From Heptranchias perlo (Eukaryota), in NCBI RefSeq assembly GCF_035084215.1, contig NC_090363.1, forward strand, positions 2,480,001 through 2,514,056: DNA of 34,056 nt, read 5' to 3'. Shown piece by piece: positions 10,561 to 23,400 of this stretch (position 1 is its first letter; each line of letters begins with the position of its first letter). The notes below the pieces were generated by a model. It saw only the letters and a program-made list of their open reading frames with translations. It made no database searches and was not told where the DNA came from. Position numbers and translations under genes: made by a program.

Positions 10561-12141
10561 TCAGGCAACCCTGAGCCAAGGTGGTCCAGAAATCACTTGT
10601 TAATTGCTTGAGAACTGGAAAAGAATGAAACGTCACTATGAGCGCAATTTCAAGCGTGAATTTATAGTAAGTTTTCAGAATTGCTTTGGTTTTTCTCGTA
10701 CTAATAGTGGTAACCCCCCTCCCCTCAAAAAATACCCTTACTCAGGTGGCTGTTACATCGAATTATATAGAAATTACAAAATAGAAACAGGCCGTTTGGT
10801 CCATCCAGTCCTGGACAGTCCTTGGTCCGTATCTTCTACAAGGTCATTTCAACTTTCGGCGATAATATAAAATGGGCGATTTCGGACCCGTTATAAAAAC
10901 CGCCAGATTGAGAGGAACAAATGACCCCCCATAAAGTGAATTTCTGTAGGCTGTTCGACAACAGTCAGCGCAGCCGAGCCCAATCCAATCCTCAAGTAAC
11001 ATTTCCACAAAAAAAAAATCTAGGAGTTATCACCAGGTCGCAATCAGGAGTCAGAATCCTGTCTATTTTCCCCTTGATATTTCACGGTACTGAGGCGAAC
11101 AGCGGGCCTCCACTCTGCAGAAACCAGGGATGAAAGCTGAAACCTTTCTGGTCGCTATACTCGCTCGCTAATGCATCTACCACTCAGCCATCACGTGGAC
11201 TATTTTTTTGTTGAGTTAAAATTGCAGAGGAAACCAAGCAGTGACATTAACAGCGTCTCACAGTTTTGAACACACGTGTGGAACATTACTGGACTCAAAA
11301 GAAATAAAAATGTCAAGTTATCCAATAAAACCAAAAAGGTGACGGTGCTCCTTTTGTACTTCAAATAGACTTAACGAAAGACATGTGTGCAGAAGTTTCC
11401 CCAGAGTGTTTATTTGCTTATAAATACATATTCAAAAGTATATAAAGTACTGAAAGCAGTACTACATTTCATCTGCACCTTCAGAGATGTTAAGAATCAA
11501 TTTATACTATCTATTATGCCACACTTATAATTATAATTAAATATATTTATATCCACACATTTACCTCTTGCAGATTTGTCCAGCATTATGTTCCTAGCGA
11601 TATCTCCAATATGTGTGTAGAAAAGTTATGAGTCGCGCATGTCCCATTTCTAGCGTCCCATGGGGGGTGATTTTAACCCCCAAGAACGGGTGGGTTGGGG
11701 GTGGGTGGGAGTTGAAAATAGCTGTATTTTTTGGGGTCGCGACCGCAAAATTTCCGGACTTTGCATTCCCAGTGGGAAGCCTGGACTTTTACCCGCCCAA
11801 GTTAAACCTGGAAATAAAGCCGGGTTGCGACCCAAAAAAAAAACAACTGTTTTCAGCTCCCACCCCTTCAAAAAAAATATTGTTCCGTCACTCTTCAATA
11901 AATATACCGAAAAAATGTCAATCTGACCTCTAAATGACCGGAGGATCATCCAAGAACAATCAGCCTCTGATTGGCTAAGAAACACACAGCAATTACATCC
12001 GTTGGCTTTAAAGGGACTCACCAACTTTATACAGAGTTGATTTTCGGAAGTCATGATGTGGAGATGCCGGTGATGGACTGGGGTTGACAATTGTAAACAA
12101 TTTTGCAACACCAAGTTATAGTCCAGCAATTTTATTTTAAA

Positions 12142-12180
12142 TTCACAAGCTTTCGGAGGCTTCCCCCTTCCTCAGGTGAA
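12142..12180 (-). ncRNA. Minimal type I hammerhead ribozyme motif (Penelope-type)
   Basis: Minus strand reads UUCAC-CUGAGGA-A-GGGG GAAGC CUCC-GAAA-GC-UU-GUGAA. Confidence 0.75.
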
Positions 12181-12235
12181 CGATGTGAAAAAAAAAATAT
12201 ATTTAATTATTATTATTTTTTTTTTTTTCACATCG

Positions 12236-12274
12236 TTCACCTGAGGAAGGGGGAAGCCTCCGAAAGCTTGTGAA
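12236..12274 (+). ncRNA. Minimal type I hammerhead ribozyme motif (Penelope-type)
   Basis: Stem I UUCAC/GUGAA, core CUGAGGA and GAAA, stem II GGGG/CUCC, palindromic AAGCUU stem III; predicted cleavage between 12269 and 12270. Confidence 0.75.
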
Positions 12275-14841
12275 TTTAAAATAAAATTGCTGGACTATAA
12301 CTTGGTGTTGTAAAATTGTTTACGATTTTCGGAAGGGGAGAGACCCTCCCACCTGCCGTGATCAGCGACTTAGGGACGCACAAGTCTTATAAATACAGAT
12401 TTCTTTCCTTACTGCACTTATCTTATGGACTTTGACCACAAACCTGAGACCATTCCAAATTCACGTCGGCCCTGTTTGGATGCAAATAAATTAAGAACAA
12501 AAAAAAAAGACCCTTGAAGAGAGATTTTGTTCCAAGGTCTGCATTCTTTAAAGGCTGGGGGGGGTCTTTCTGCAAAAAGGATGGGAATATATCTCACGGC
12601 TCAGCAGCGGGCTGGGGTCTTGTTTTCTCGGCTCTGCTCCTCCTGGCCCCACCATATTAAAAAAATTAAAACCAACTTTGACCGTGTTCTGAGCGGCCTC
12701 CAGCGGACGCTTGCAGGGCAGCTGGTGAGGCCTCGCTCCACACATTCGTACCTCAAAATTGCAGAACAGGGTCCAATGTACGTCACGGAACCCGGGTTTG
12801 CAGATTCCGTGGCTCCCCCCCGGAATCAGGCAGGAGTTCCCACTGCCCAACTCGGCACCCAACCCAAGGTGGTCATGGCTGAAACGCCAGCGTAAACTTT
12901 AATTCCATTCCCAGGCGACCGTCACTCCATTTCCGCCAGGAGAGGGGGGGTCTTAATATCGGGCCCGGTGAGTTCAGGATGTAGAGTCTGGAGCTGGATG
13001 CAAATAAAATTACAGCACAGAAATAGGCCATTCGGCCCAACAGGTCCAGGCCGAATAAAAAAAGCAACACGTTTAGTTTATCTTTCTGGGATTCAATTAA
13101 GCACCGAATCGCCTTTTGTTTAAGCGCTGGTTCTATTGTTTCTCTAGTTATTCTCTAGTTTAATATATATTATAGCCCTTGGTGTTGAACTAATCCATCT
13201 CAAACACGGCGATGGAGGGTCACCGTCCACCTGTGGAGCAACATTAGAGGCAGGAAGGTCACCAGGTCCCTGCCCCGCACACCTCATTCTACCCGGTAAC
13301 TTCCTCTCTACAATTGACCATCTATTTATTCCTTCTCTCCCCTCCTCCTTTCCCCCAGCCCCACAGAGGCCCTCGCTGATATTTCAGTTCCCAGTTCCGA
13401 TACAGGGTGTATATCCAAAATGTCAATCCGTCTTCTCTCTCCACATGTGATGACCGACCTGTGTATTTCCAGCATCTGTCCATCAGATTTCCAGCTGTTT
13501 ATTGCGCGGGTCGTGGAAATGGTTATTAATTTCATGTTTACTGGCCTCTTGTTAACCAACAGGGAAACCTTTTAGTGAAGCAAATAAAGTGAGGAAATTG
13601 ACTTACCAAGAAGCTGCTTTTCACAGTTGGAACTGTCCTCAGAATTTATCCCAGATCACTTCTTACTCTGTTTTATTTTTATTTCCCTCTGTGTAGATGT
13701 CCCAAGTATTTTTATGTTTGGTCAGGTACACATTTTCCTGGAAATTGAGGATATCACCGGAGGTGTAAAGAGCCAGGGTGGAATTTTACGAGGCCGTGTG
13801 TAACTGGCAGAGCCTCACATGGTCCGGGCAGTTTATCGGAAAATTGCTCTTTCATTGCCCGCGATGTGAGTGACGTGAGTGGGAGGGAAATCGAGGGCAG
13901 TCCGCCCGCAATGCTGTGATCAGCCGGGCGCAGCATGTGAGGCCCCACTGGTGAGAGGGACCTCCGCAAATTTCACCTCAAGTTGATATCACTCCCGGGA
14001 AACCAGACTGAACGGGGGCGATATTGGTCTTTGGTCAATTTTACACTACCGCCCAAATCCAATTTCACACCCACAATTTCTTCATTGATCTTTTTTTGTT
14101 AATGAATTTGCATCCAACCAGGGTTCACGTGATTTTAGAGCAGTCTCACCGCCTTTATTACATTCTATTAATTTAACAATTCAAATAAAGCAAATGAAAA
14201 GAAAAAACAGTGTGGTCAGACAAAAACTCTTAAGCAGGAAGTCCAAGCACTGGTTACTAGTCTATCAGTAACTTTGTTACTAATCACTGCAATATCACAG
14301 TGAACATTTAGAAGTGCAAGCCCAACTAATGGGTGTGATTTTGTCAAATTGCAGAACTAACTAGCACTGGACGCTTGTTTCTGTGTTCGATCAAGTGATC
14401 GAAGGCACGTTCTTTCTAAAGGAGTGTTGCGATATACTTTAAAAAATAGAAATTTCAGGGGTATTTGAACAGCCTGAACCCTCCCTGCTAACGCCCCTGG
14501 ACATTACAATATGCAGGATGTTAAAGTATTACTACATACAGGACTTAGCAATGCACGAGATGTTTCTTCACTGGTGCTGTTCAGGAAGCTGCAATAAGCT
14601 AAACAGGTGGCTCTCGGGAAGGAATTTGGACATATTTTTGAGTATTTGGCATTCAAAATTTTATTTTCCAAGCTCTTACAAAGGGCAGAATAATGACAAC
14701 ATATAATCATGACTACTAACTTTATTAATATGTTATAGATGGCATAACAAAATGGGAATATAACCATTTCTGTAAGTTACTGAATTACATAAACCCTGGG
14801 CAAAGAGCATGCATTACTTCCTTGCCGTCTAATGCCTTCTA

Positions 14842-15225
14842 ATCTAAGTCTGACACTTCAGTGCAGTACTGAGGGAGCGCTGCACTGTTGGAGGTGCCGT
14901 CTTTCGGGTGAGATGTTAAACCGAGGCCCCGTCTGCCCTCTCAGGTGGATGTAAACGATGCCACAGCCACTATTCGAAGAAGGTCAGGCGAGTTCTCTCC
15001 AGTTTCCTGGCCAGTATTTATCCCTCAATGGTCATCACTAATAGCTCATTATCAGGTCATTTTTCTCATTGCTGTTTGTGGGACTTTACTCTTGCACAAA
15101 TTGGCTGCTGCATTTTCCCACATTGCAATAGTTACCACATCTCAAAGGTACTTCATTGGCTTTAAAACTCTTTAAGACATCCTGACAATTTTAAATGCAT
15201 TGGCTAATTGCAAGTTCTTTCTTGG
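14842..15225 (+). mobile_element. Deu-domain SINE (SacSINE1-like), head truncated
   Basis: Deu core gaggtgccgtctttcgggtgagatgttaaaccgaggccccgtctgccctctcaggtggatgtaaa plus a tail ending gcaagttctttctt. Confidence 0.8.
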
Positions 15226-15239
15226 TGAATGTCGTCAAT

Positions 15240-15790
15240 TTTGCCTTCCTATGTTTAGTAATTTACACTTGTTCACATTAAATTTCATCTGCCATTGTTC
15301 TGACTATTTAAATATTTTGTCCAATTTATTCTGTAATTCCTGAGCTGCCTCCACTGCCCCTCCTAGTTTGATGTCATCTGCAAGTTTGACCATTTGTTTT
15401 GATTTTCTGAACCCAGGTCACATGTAAATTCGAGCAGTAGTGGTCCCAGCAATGAGCAGCTCAGTAAGAATTCCTCCGCGACATAACTCCTTCAGTGATT
15501 GCTCATTGTTTCCTACCCTGTAACTAGTTCTTCTCATTCTCTGCTGGATCCTCTGTGCCGGATCTATGCAACAGCAATCCAGCGATTCCCACACAGCCAA
15601 GTCCAAGTCATTGTTATATATCAAGAAAAGCAGAGGTCCCAGTACCGACCCCTGGGGAACACCACTGTACACCTCCCTCCAGTCCGAAAAACAACCGTTC
15701 ACCACTACTTTCTGCTTTCTGTTCCTTAGCCAATTTTGTGTTCATGCTGCCACTGCCTCCTTTTATTCCATGGGCTTCAATCTTGATCAT
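15240..15790 (-). mobile_element. CR1 ORF2 reverse-transcriptase fragments (old remnant plus a younger piece at ~15590-15790)
   Basis: [34 protein letters not shown], and a degenerate ADD-motif region (gtcatctgcaag) near 15373. Confidence 0.8.
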
Positions 15791-16224
15791 TCAATCTTGT
15801 CCATTCTCTATTCTAAACACTGTACACAATTGAATGCACAGTTCATTTCCATCCCCTGCGTTTCACAGTGTTTCCGATACTCCCACCACAATGTAGTTCA
15901 ACTAAAGCCGCAACAGCCTCGAGTTCTGGCTTCTGCGCCAAGAGTTTCCTCGGGGTTTCGCCCGCTTGCTCACCTTAACTTCAGCGGAAATCCCATTTAA
16001 GTGCCTAGGTAGGATTAGCGCCAAACTTCTGCTAAAGTTATGGCAGCTGCGTGGGAGAAATGCTGAAGAAATTCAGGGCGTTTATTTGTAATGTTTCTGG
16101 TATTCCTGATAACACCTCACATTCGAGATCTGTGGTTCCCCGTGTCTATTTATTCCTGGTCTCCAGTTTGAAGGAGTTTCTCCCAGTTTCTTAATCCGAA
16201 CATCCCCTCACTCCTGTCTGCATT

Positions 16225-16400
16225 GTAAGTTCCTTTTCCTTGCTCTCTAAGGCTAAAACTCTTACTGTGAGGTAACTGATTAACAGCCAGTTTTCACATC
16301 TCTTCGCCCCTCCATTGTATCTGGGACTCTCATGTATGAACATCCCACAGCAAACACACCTCATGGTCTCCATCTTAGTCATAGTTCTCTCTGCCATTTC
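16225..16400 (-). mobile_element. Possible degenerate CR1 ORF1 N-terminus (zinc finger / leucine zipper)
   Basis: CVCCGMF...RCENWLLISYLTVRVLALESK resembles the CR1 ORF1 pattern CxxCxM...CxxC....L..RV..LE. Confidence 0.4.
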
Positions 16401-16928
16401 CCTTGTATTTCTCCCGTTGTCCCCTTTTAGTTTAACTGATTTTCAGTCCCACTTTGTTCCCTTTTGATTTTACTTCTATCTGCTGCCTCCTTTCACTTTT
16501 TACTTCTCACAGGTATTATTAAATTTGCCATGTCTCGGATGGTTCCCTTTATCATGTACTTCCCACTGGTGTTCCATCTCACCCCAATTCCTCTCCCCTC
16601 CCCCTCTTTACCTTTAATTTCCTAGCTGGAGTCTGTGGTTCCCTTGGTGTATTTTTGCCCATGTTTTAATTCCCCTCTGTCTCTGCGCCCCGATGATTCT
16701 CGATGTTCTTGAAGTTTTTTAATTTAATTTTACAGGAATCTCTGGACCAGTTGCCCTGAGTTTGTTCCACTGCATCGATTAAACAAACAAATATCACCAA
16801 GACATTGTACCCGCCCTGACCTCAGGTGACATTTGGACCATCCGCACCATCTGTGATTGAGACCGATGCCCAGCAGTCTGCAGCTGGCAGGAGGCAGGTA
16901 GGCGGTGTGGAATTATGGGATGGACCAG

Positions 16929-17479
16929 TCAGTGACCTTTAACCCCACAGATTGTCAGCGGTGCTGAGTTTTTCCCGCCATCATTCAGTCCCGGATTGAA
17001 GATGGGAAAGAGTCTCTCGGTGAAAGTGTGGGTGAAAGTGTGGAGATGGGACATGTTGCCCACATTGTAAAATGACACCTGTCCACCCTCATAGTCCAGG
17101 TACACCCCGATCATCCAGGGATCCACACTCGGGGTGAGGGGGGTCGGTGAGGGGGAAGTGAGGGCAAAATAGCCACATCCAGGTAACAGCCACACAGCCC
17201 AGTATCCGGCCTCAGGTCCCAGGTTGATTCCCCCTTTCCTGCTGACAGACTCTCGGGCCACTCCCATAACCCACTCAGTCTTGTCCCCCACCTCCACCTC
17301 CCAGTAGTGTCTCCCTGATGTGAATCCCTCCGATCCCAGGACACAGGGCCAGGGATCAAACCTCTCCGGGGTGTCCGGGAGCCGCTGCCGTTTGTCTCCG
17401 AGTCTCACACTGGTCTGGTCCTCAGACAGGATAAGCCGGGGATGGGCTGTGTTCAGATCTAGAGTCAAACAGGCTGGAG
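16929..17479 (-). CDS. TRIM-C exon 6: PRY/SPRY (B30.2) domain, terminal coding exon
   Basis: cccccag|CTCCAGCC; [17 protein letters not shown]...[19 protein letters not shown]...[16 protein letters not shown]...[11 protein letters not shown]; stop at 16929-16931. Confidence 0.95.
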
Positions 17480-20400
17480 CTGGGGGGAAGTTAAAATAAC
17501 ACAGTCAGTGATTCAGTTTCTTGCTGCGATTTATCACAGTAGGTACAGCACTGAAGGAGGCCATTTGGCCCATCGTGCCTCTGCTGGCTCTTTGAAAGAG
17601 CTATCCAATTAGTCCCACTCCCCGGCTCTTTACCAGAGCCCTGTCATTTTTTTCCCTTCTAGTGTTTACCCAATTCTCTTTTGAAAGTTATTATTGAATC
17701 TGCTCCCACCGCCCTTTCAGGCAGCGCGTTCCAGATCAGAACAACTCGCTGCGTAAAAAAATGTTTCCTCATCTCACCTCTGGTTCTTTAGCCGATCACC
17801 TTAAATCTGTGTCCTCTGGTTCCCGACCCTTCTGCCACTGGAAACAGTTTCTCCTTATTTACTCTATCAAAACCCTTCATGATTTTGAACACCTCGATCA
17901 AATCTCCTCTTAACCTTCTCTGTTCTAAGGAGAACAAATCCAGCTTCTCCAGTCTCTCCACATAACTGAAGTCTCTCATCCCTGGTACCATTCTGGTAAA
18001 TCTCCTCTGCACCCTCTCCAAGGCCTTCACATCCTTCCTAAAGTGCGGTGCCCAGAATTGGACACAATACTCCAACTGAGGCCTAACCAGTGTTTTATAA
18101 AGGTTCACCATAACTTCCTTGCTTTTGTACTCTCTGCCTCTATTAATAAAGCCCAGGATCCCATATGCTTTTTAACAGCCTTCTCAACTTGTCCTGCCAC
18201 CTTCAAAGATTTGCGTATGTGAACACCCCCAGGTCTCTCTGTTCCTGCACCCCCTTTAAAATTGTACCATTTAGTTTATTTTGCCTCTCCTCATTCTTCC
18301 TACCAAAATGTATCACTTCACACTTCTCTGCTTTAAATTTCATCCGCCATGTGTCTGCCCATTTCACCAGTCTCTATCCTCCTGAAATCTGTTACTATCC
18401 TCAACATTGTTTACTACATTTGGGAGTTTGAAATTATACCCCTTATATCCAAGTCCAGGTCATTAATATATATTAAAAAGAGCAGTGGTCCTAATACTGA
18501 CCCCTGGGGAACACCACTGTATATTTCCCTCCAGTCTGAAAAACAACCATTCACCTCTACTCTCTGCTTTCTGCTTTATTCATACAATTTCCTGTTTAAA
18601 GTGCCAACCCAGGGGATTCCCGGGACCTCCGGTGTTTTCTGTTATTGGAAACTGCTCCCACCCGGGGGTTTACGCTTCTGGGACCGCTCTGACCTCTGGT
18701 CACCACGGCGATCCCGATCCGCTGCCAGGGACCCTGTGGCCGCCCCCCCCCAGTCCCCTGCGGTTCTCAGCGCCTGCAGAGTGACCCAGGGGTCTTTAGA
18801 GGTACATGTGGAATAGACTGTGCGGGCTGCAGCGTTCCTTGGAAACGCAAGAGGTGGAAAGGTACAGACCTGTGGAGAAGGGAGAGGAGAAAAAGATTTA
18901 AAAGGAGGGGAACTGCTTCAGAGGGGAAGAGAGAACCAAGGGGAGAAGGGAAATTAATTGGAATAAAAGTGAGCAGAAGAAAGGAGAGATTCGGCAGAGG
19001 AAACGAGGGAAGGAGCTACCGCAGAGGGAAATAGATAAATGGGGGAGATAAAGAATTCATGGAGAGAAAACTAGAAGAGTAGAAGCAAAGGAATAGAGAA
19101 GAGGATAAAAAAGCTGCAGCTCACTCGATCAGTCCAACAGTCTGACCAGAAATGCAAGAAAAACTGGAAGGGGGCAGCCCCAAGAATCAGAGACCCACCA
19201 CCCCTCCGCCAACAGAAAATAACACCCTGAGTACAGCCGGTCAATACAATTATATCCATGAATATCAACAGACTCCAACACATAATCAGGCGAAACAAAA
19301 CTGATCTACATAAAAGGACAGGTGGGAGTAGCATTTCTACAGGAGACCCTCCTCACCACCCTCAGAACACACCAAGTTTATGAGTGAGTGGGTGGGACAA
19401 ATGTCTCCGACTCAGCCAGGAGCTGGAGGTAGTCACACTAATCAACAGGAACCTCCCCATTACTCTGGAGATACACATTCCTGGAGAAGGAGGCCGCTCC
19501 ATCCTAATGAAATTCGAATAACAGGAGAACCCAAAGTGATGCTTCAGTTCTGTGTCCCGAGTGAGGAGTCCCCCCGCGTTCCCCACATCAGCATTCCTCA
19601 CACTCGCCCCACGTATGGACAACACAGTAACCATGAGTGGAGACCCGAACTGTGATCTTCACTCCCAACGGGTCAAGCTCCCAGCGGACACGGGGCACGA
19701 GGACTCGCAGCCGGGCTAATCCGAGGTCAGAGTAGTGGCCTGGGCCTAGTGGATGTATGGTGAGCCCACATCCCACAGGGTGGGAATTCACCTCCCACAC
19801 AAGACACACCCTGGGATAAACTACTCCTTCCTGAAGCAACCCCGCCTACCCTGTTGTGATAGGAGGTTAGCAGGACTTGGACCAAACGTGCTCCATTCAG
19901 ACATCGGAGCCTCAAACCTGCCTTTCGACATGACTCCGAGTTCCTGTCTACCTCTAGGTGAAGCTCCCCCTCACATATACCCTAGGGTAGAAAGTGCATG
20001 AATTATTGCACACAGTCACACTGAGCCCTTATCTCAGATGGTGAGCTTGAAGTTGGGAAGGTCTCGCCAACTTTTACCAGGCCACAATCCCAGACTTTTC
20101 TCCCCTCCGACTGAGCCTCCTTCAGTATGGACTGGAGATAAAGAACCAGAATTCATCCCCATCACGTTAATACATTTAAAAAAAAGGAAATTCATCCCCA
20201 CCAGCTCCTTCATACTGACTATAAAATATTGGCCAAGATCCTGACCTCCAAACTAGACACAGACGTCAGTGATCATTTTAATCTGGGGTCTGGGAGCCGG
20301 TTTACGCTCCTCACATCTGGATTTATAGATCAGGAAAAGGAATATAAGAGTTTTACCGGGGTTAATGGCGTCTATCATTTCTCTCCACGCTGTGTACTGT

Positions 20401-23400
20401 AAAAGGCCATCGAACTTTCCGATTGGCAGCTTGTTATCTGCTACTGACAGTAAATTATTGTCCTCACTAATCCTGTAAAAATATTAAACAGTCGATGTTA
20501 TGAATTGACCATAAACACTTTGCTGAGTTAGTCTAACAGAATCGTTACAGCACAGATGGAGGCCATTTGGCCCATCGAGTTATTGCCCCAAACTGTGCAG
20601 AGTTTCAGTAAAGACCATGTCCTACCTCATCTTCTGACGCGTTTCCTCCTGAAATAAATAAAACACAAATCTGAGTTGACAGAGACTGACCGTCTATATC
20701 CGGACAGCAGAAATTACCCCAAATTGTTACAAGCTGTTGATCATTCTGAATTCTCACTGCTGCCAACACACGGATAGAAAGAGGATATATCGAAAAATCT
20801 GATTTGTGAGTCAGGTTCTGGAAATCAACATCAGTCCCACTCACAGAGTGATTCTCACACCCACCGTACAACACACACACACTCACACTCACCGTACCAC
20901 ACACACACACTCACACCCACCGTACCACACACACACACACTCACACCCACCGTACCACACACACACACACTCACACTCACCGTACCACACACACACACTC
21001 ACACTCACCGTACCACACACACACACTCACACCCACCGTACCACACACACACACACTCACACCCACCGTACCACACACACACACTCACACCCACCGTACC
21101 ACACACACACACACTCACACTCACCGTACCACACACACACACTCACACTCACCGTACCACACACACACACTCACACTCACCGTACCACACACACACACTC
21201 ACACCCACCGTACCACACACACACACACTCACACACTCACACCCACCGTACCACACACACACACTCACACCCACCGTACCACACACACACTCACACCCAC
21301 CGTACCACACACACACACTCACACTCACCGTACCACACACACACACTCACACCCACCGTACCACACACACACACTCACACCCACCGTACCACACACACAC
21401 NNNNNNNNNNNNNNNNNNNNNNNNNNNNNNNNNNNNNNNNNNNNNNNNNNNNNNNNNNNNNNNNNNNNNNNNNNNNNNNNNNNNNNNNNNNNNNNNNNNN
21501 NNNNNNNNNNNNNNNNNNNNNNNNNNNNNCACTCACACCCACCGTACCACACACACACACTCACACTCACCGTACCACACACACACTCACACTCACCGTA
21601 CCACACACACACACTCACACTCACCGTACCACACACACACACTCACACCCACCGTACCACACACACACACTCACACTCACCGTACCACACACACACACTC
21701 ACACCCACCGGACCACACACACACACTCACACTCACCGTACCACACACACACACTCACACCCACCGTACCACACACACACACTCACACCCACCGTACCAC
21801 ACACACACACTCACACTCACCGTACCACACACACACTTACACTCACCGTACCACACACACACACTCACACTCACCGTACCACACACACACACACTCACCG
21901 TACCACACACACACACTCACACTCACCATACCACACACACACACTCACACTCACCGTACCACACACACACACTCACACCCACCATACCACACACACACAC
22001 ACACACCCACCGTACCACACACACACACTCACACTCACCGTACCACACACACACACTCACACCCACCATACCACACACACACACTCACACTCACCGTACC
22101 ACACACACACACTCACACCCACCATACCACACACACACACTCACACTCACCGTACCACACACACACACTCACACCCACCATACCACACACACACACTCAC
22201 ACTCACCGTACCACACACACACACTCACACCCACCATACCACACACACACACTCACACCCACCGTACCACACACACACACTCACACCCACCGTACCACAC
22301 ACACACACACACACTCACCGTACCACACACACACACACACACTCACACCTACCGTACCACACACACACACTCACACCCACCGTACCACACTCACACACTC
22401 ACACCCACCGTACCACACACACACACACACACTCACACCCACCGTACCACACACACACACTCACACCCACCATACCACACACACACACTCACACTCACCG
22501 TACCACACACACACACTCACACTCACCGTACCACACACACACTCACACTCACTGTACCACACACACAGACTCACACCCACCGTACCACACACACACACTC
22601 ACACTCACCGTACCACACACACACACTCACACTCACCGTACCACACACACACACTCACACTCACCGTACCACACACACACATTCACACTCACCGTACCAC
22701 ACACACACACACTCACACTCACTGTACCACACACACACACTCACACCCACTGTACCACACACACACACTCACACCCACCGTACCACACACACACACTCAC
22801 ACTCACCGTACCACACACACACACTCACACTCACCGTACCACACACACACACTCACACTCACCGTACCACACACACACACTCACACTCACCGTACCACAC
22901 ACACACACACTCACACTCACTGTACCACACACACACACTCACACCCACTGTACCACACACACACACTCACACCCACCGTACCACACACACACACTCACAC
23001 CCACCGTACCACACACACACACTCACACTCACCGTACCACACACACACACACACTCACCGTACCACACACACACACTCACACTCACCATACCACACACAC
23101 ACACTCACACTCACCGTACCACACACACACACTCACACCCACCATACCACACACACACACTCACACCCACCGTACCACACACACACNNNNNNNNNNNNNN
23201 NNNNNNNNNNNNNNNNNNNNNNNNNNNNNNNNNNNNNNNNNNNNNNNNNNNNNNNNNNNNNNNNNNNNNNNNNNNNNNNNNNNNNNNNNNNNNNNNNNNN
23301 NNNNNNNNNNNNNNNNNNNCACTCACACCCACCGTACCAAACACACACACTCACACTCACCGTACCACACACACACACACCCACCGTACCACACACACAC

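Larger units (their letters stand above)
12051..12323 (-). mobile_element. Penelope-derived palindromic insertion with a 12-bp TSD and two hammerhead motifs
   Basis: TSD GATTTTCGGAAG at 12039-12050 and 12324-12335. Arms 12093-~12197 and ~12216-12323 are reverse complements with one substitution. Same 3' terminus as the 6696 and 30181 elements. Confidence 0.88.
11662..12966. mobile_element. Probable non-autonomous DNA transposon, interrupted by the Penelope fold-back at 12051
   Basis: Imperfect termini GGGGGGTGATTTTAACCCCC / GGGGGGTCTTAATATCGGGCCC, and an internal inverted repeat at ~11703-11745 vs ~11822-11867. Confidence 0.45.

Noticed and set aside
11132-11144. ISRE-like GAAAGCTGAAACC
   Set aside because: Single motif far from any identified promoter, so chance is likely
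18596-19110. GC-rich then purine-rich stretch in TRIM-C intron 5 as a hidden exon or promoter
   Set aside because: No supported frame or splice pair; more likely a decayed TE part next to the L1-like remnant
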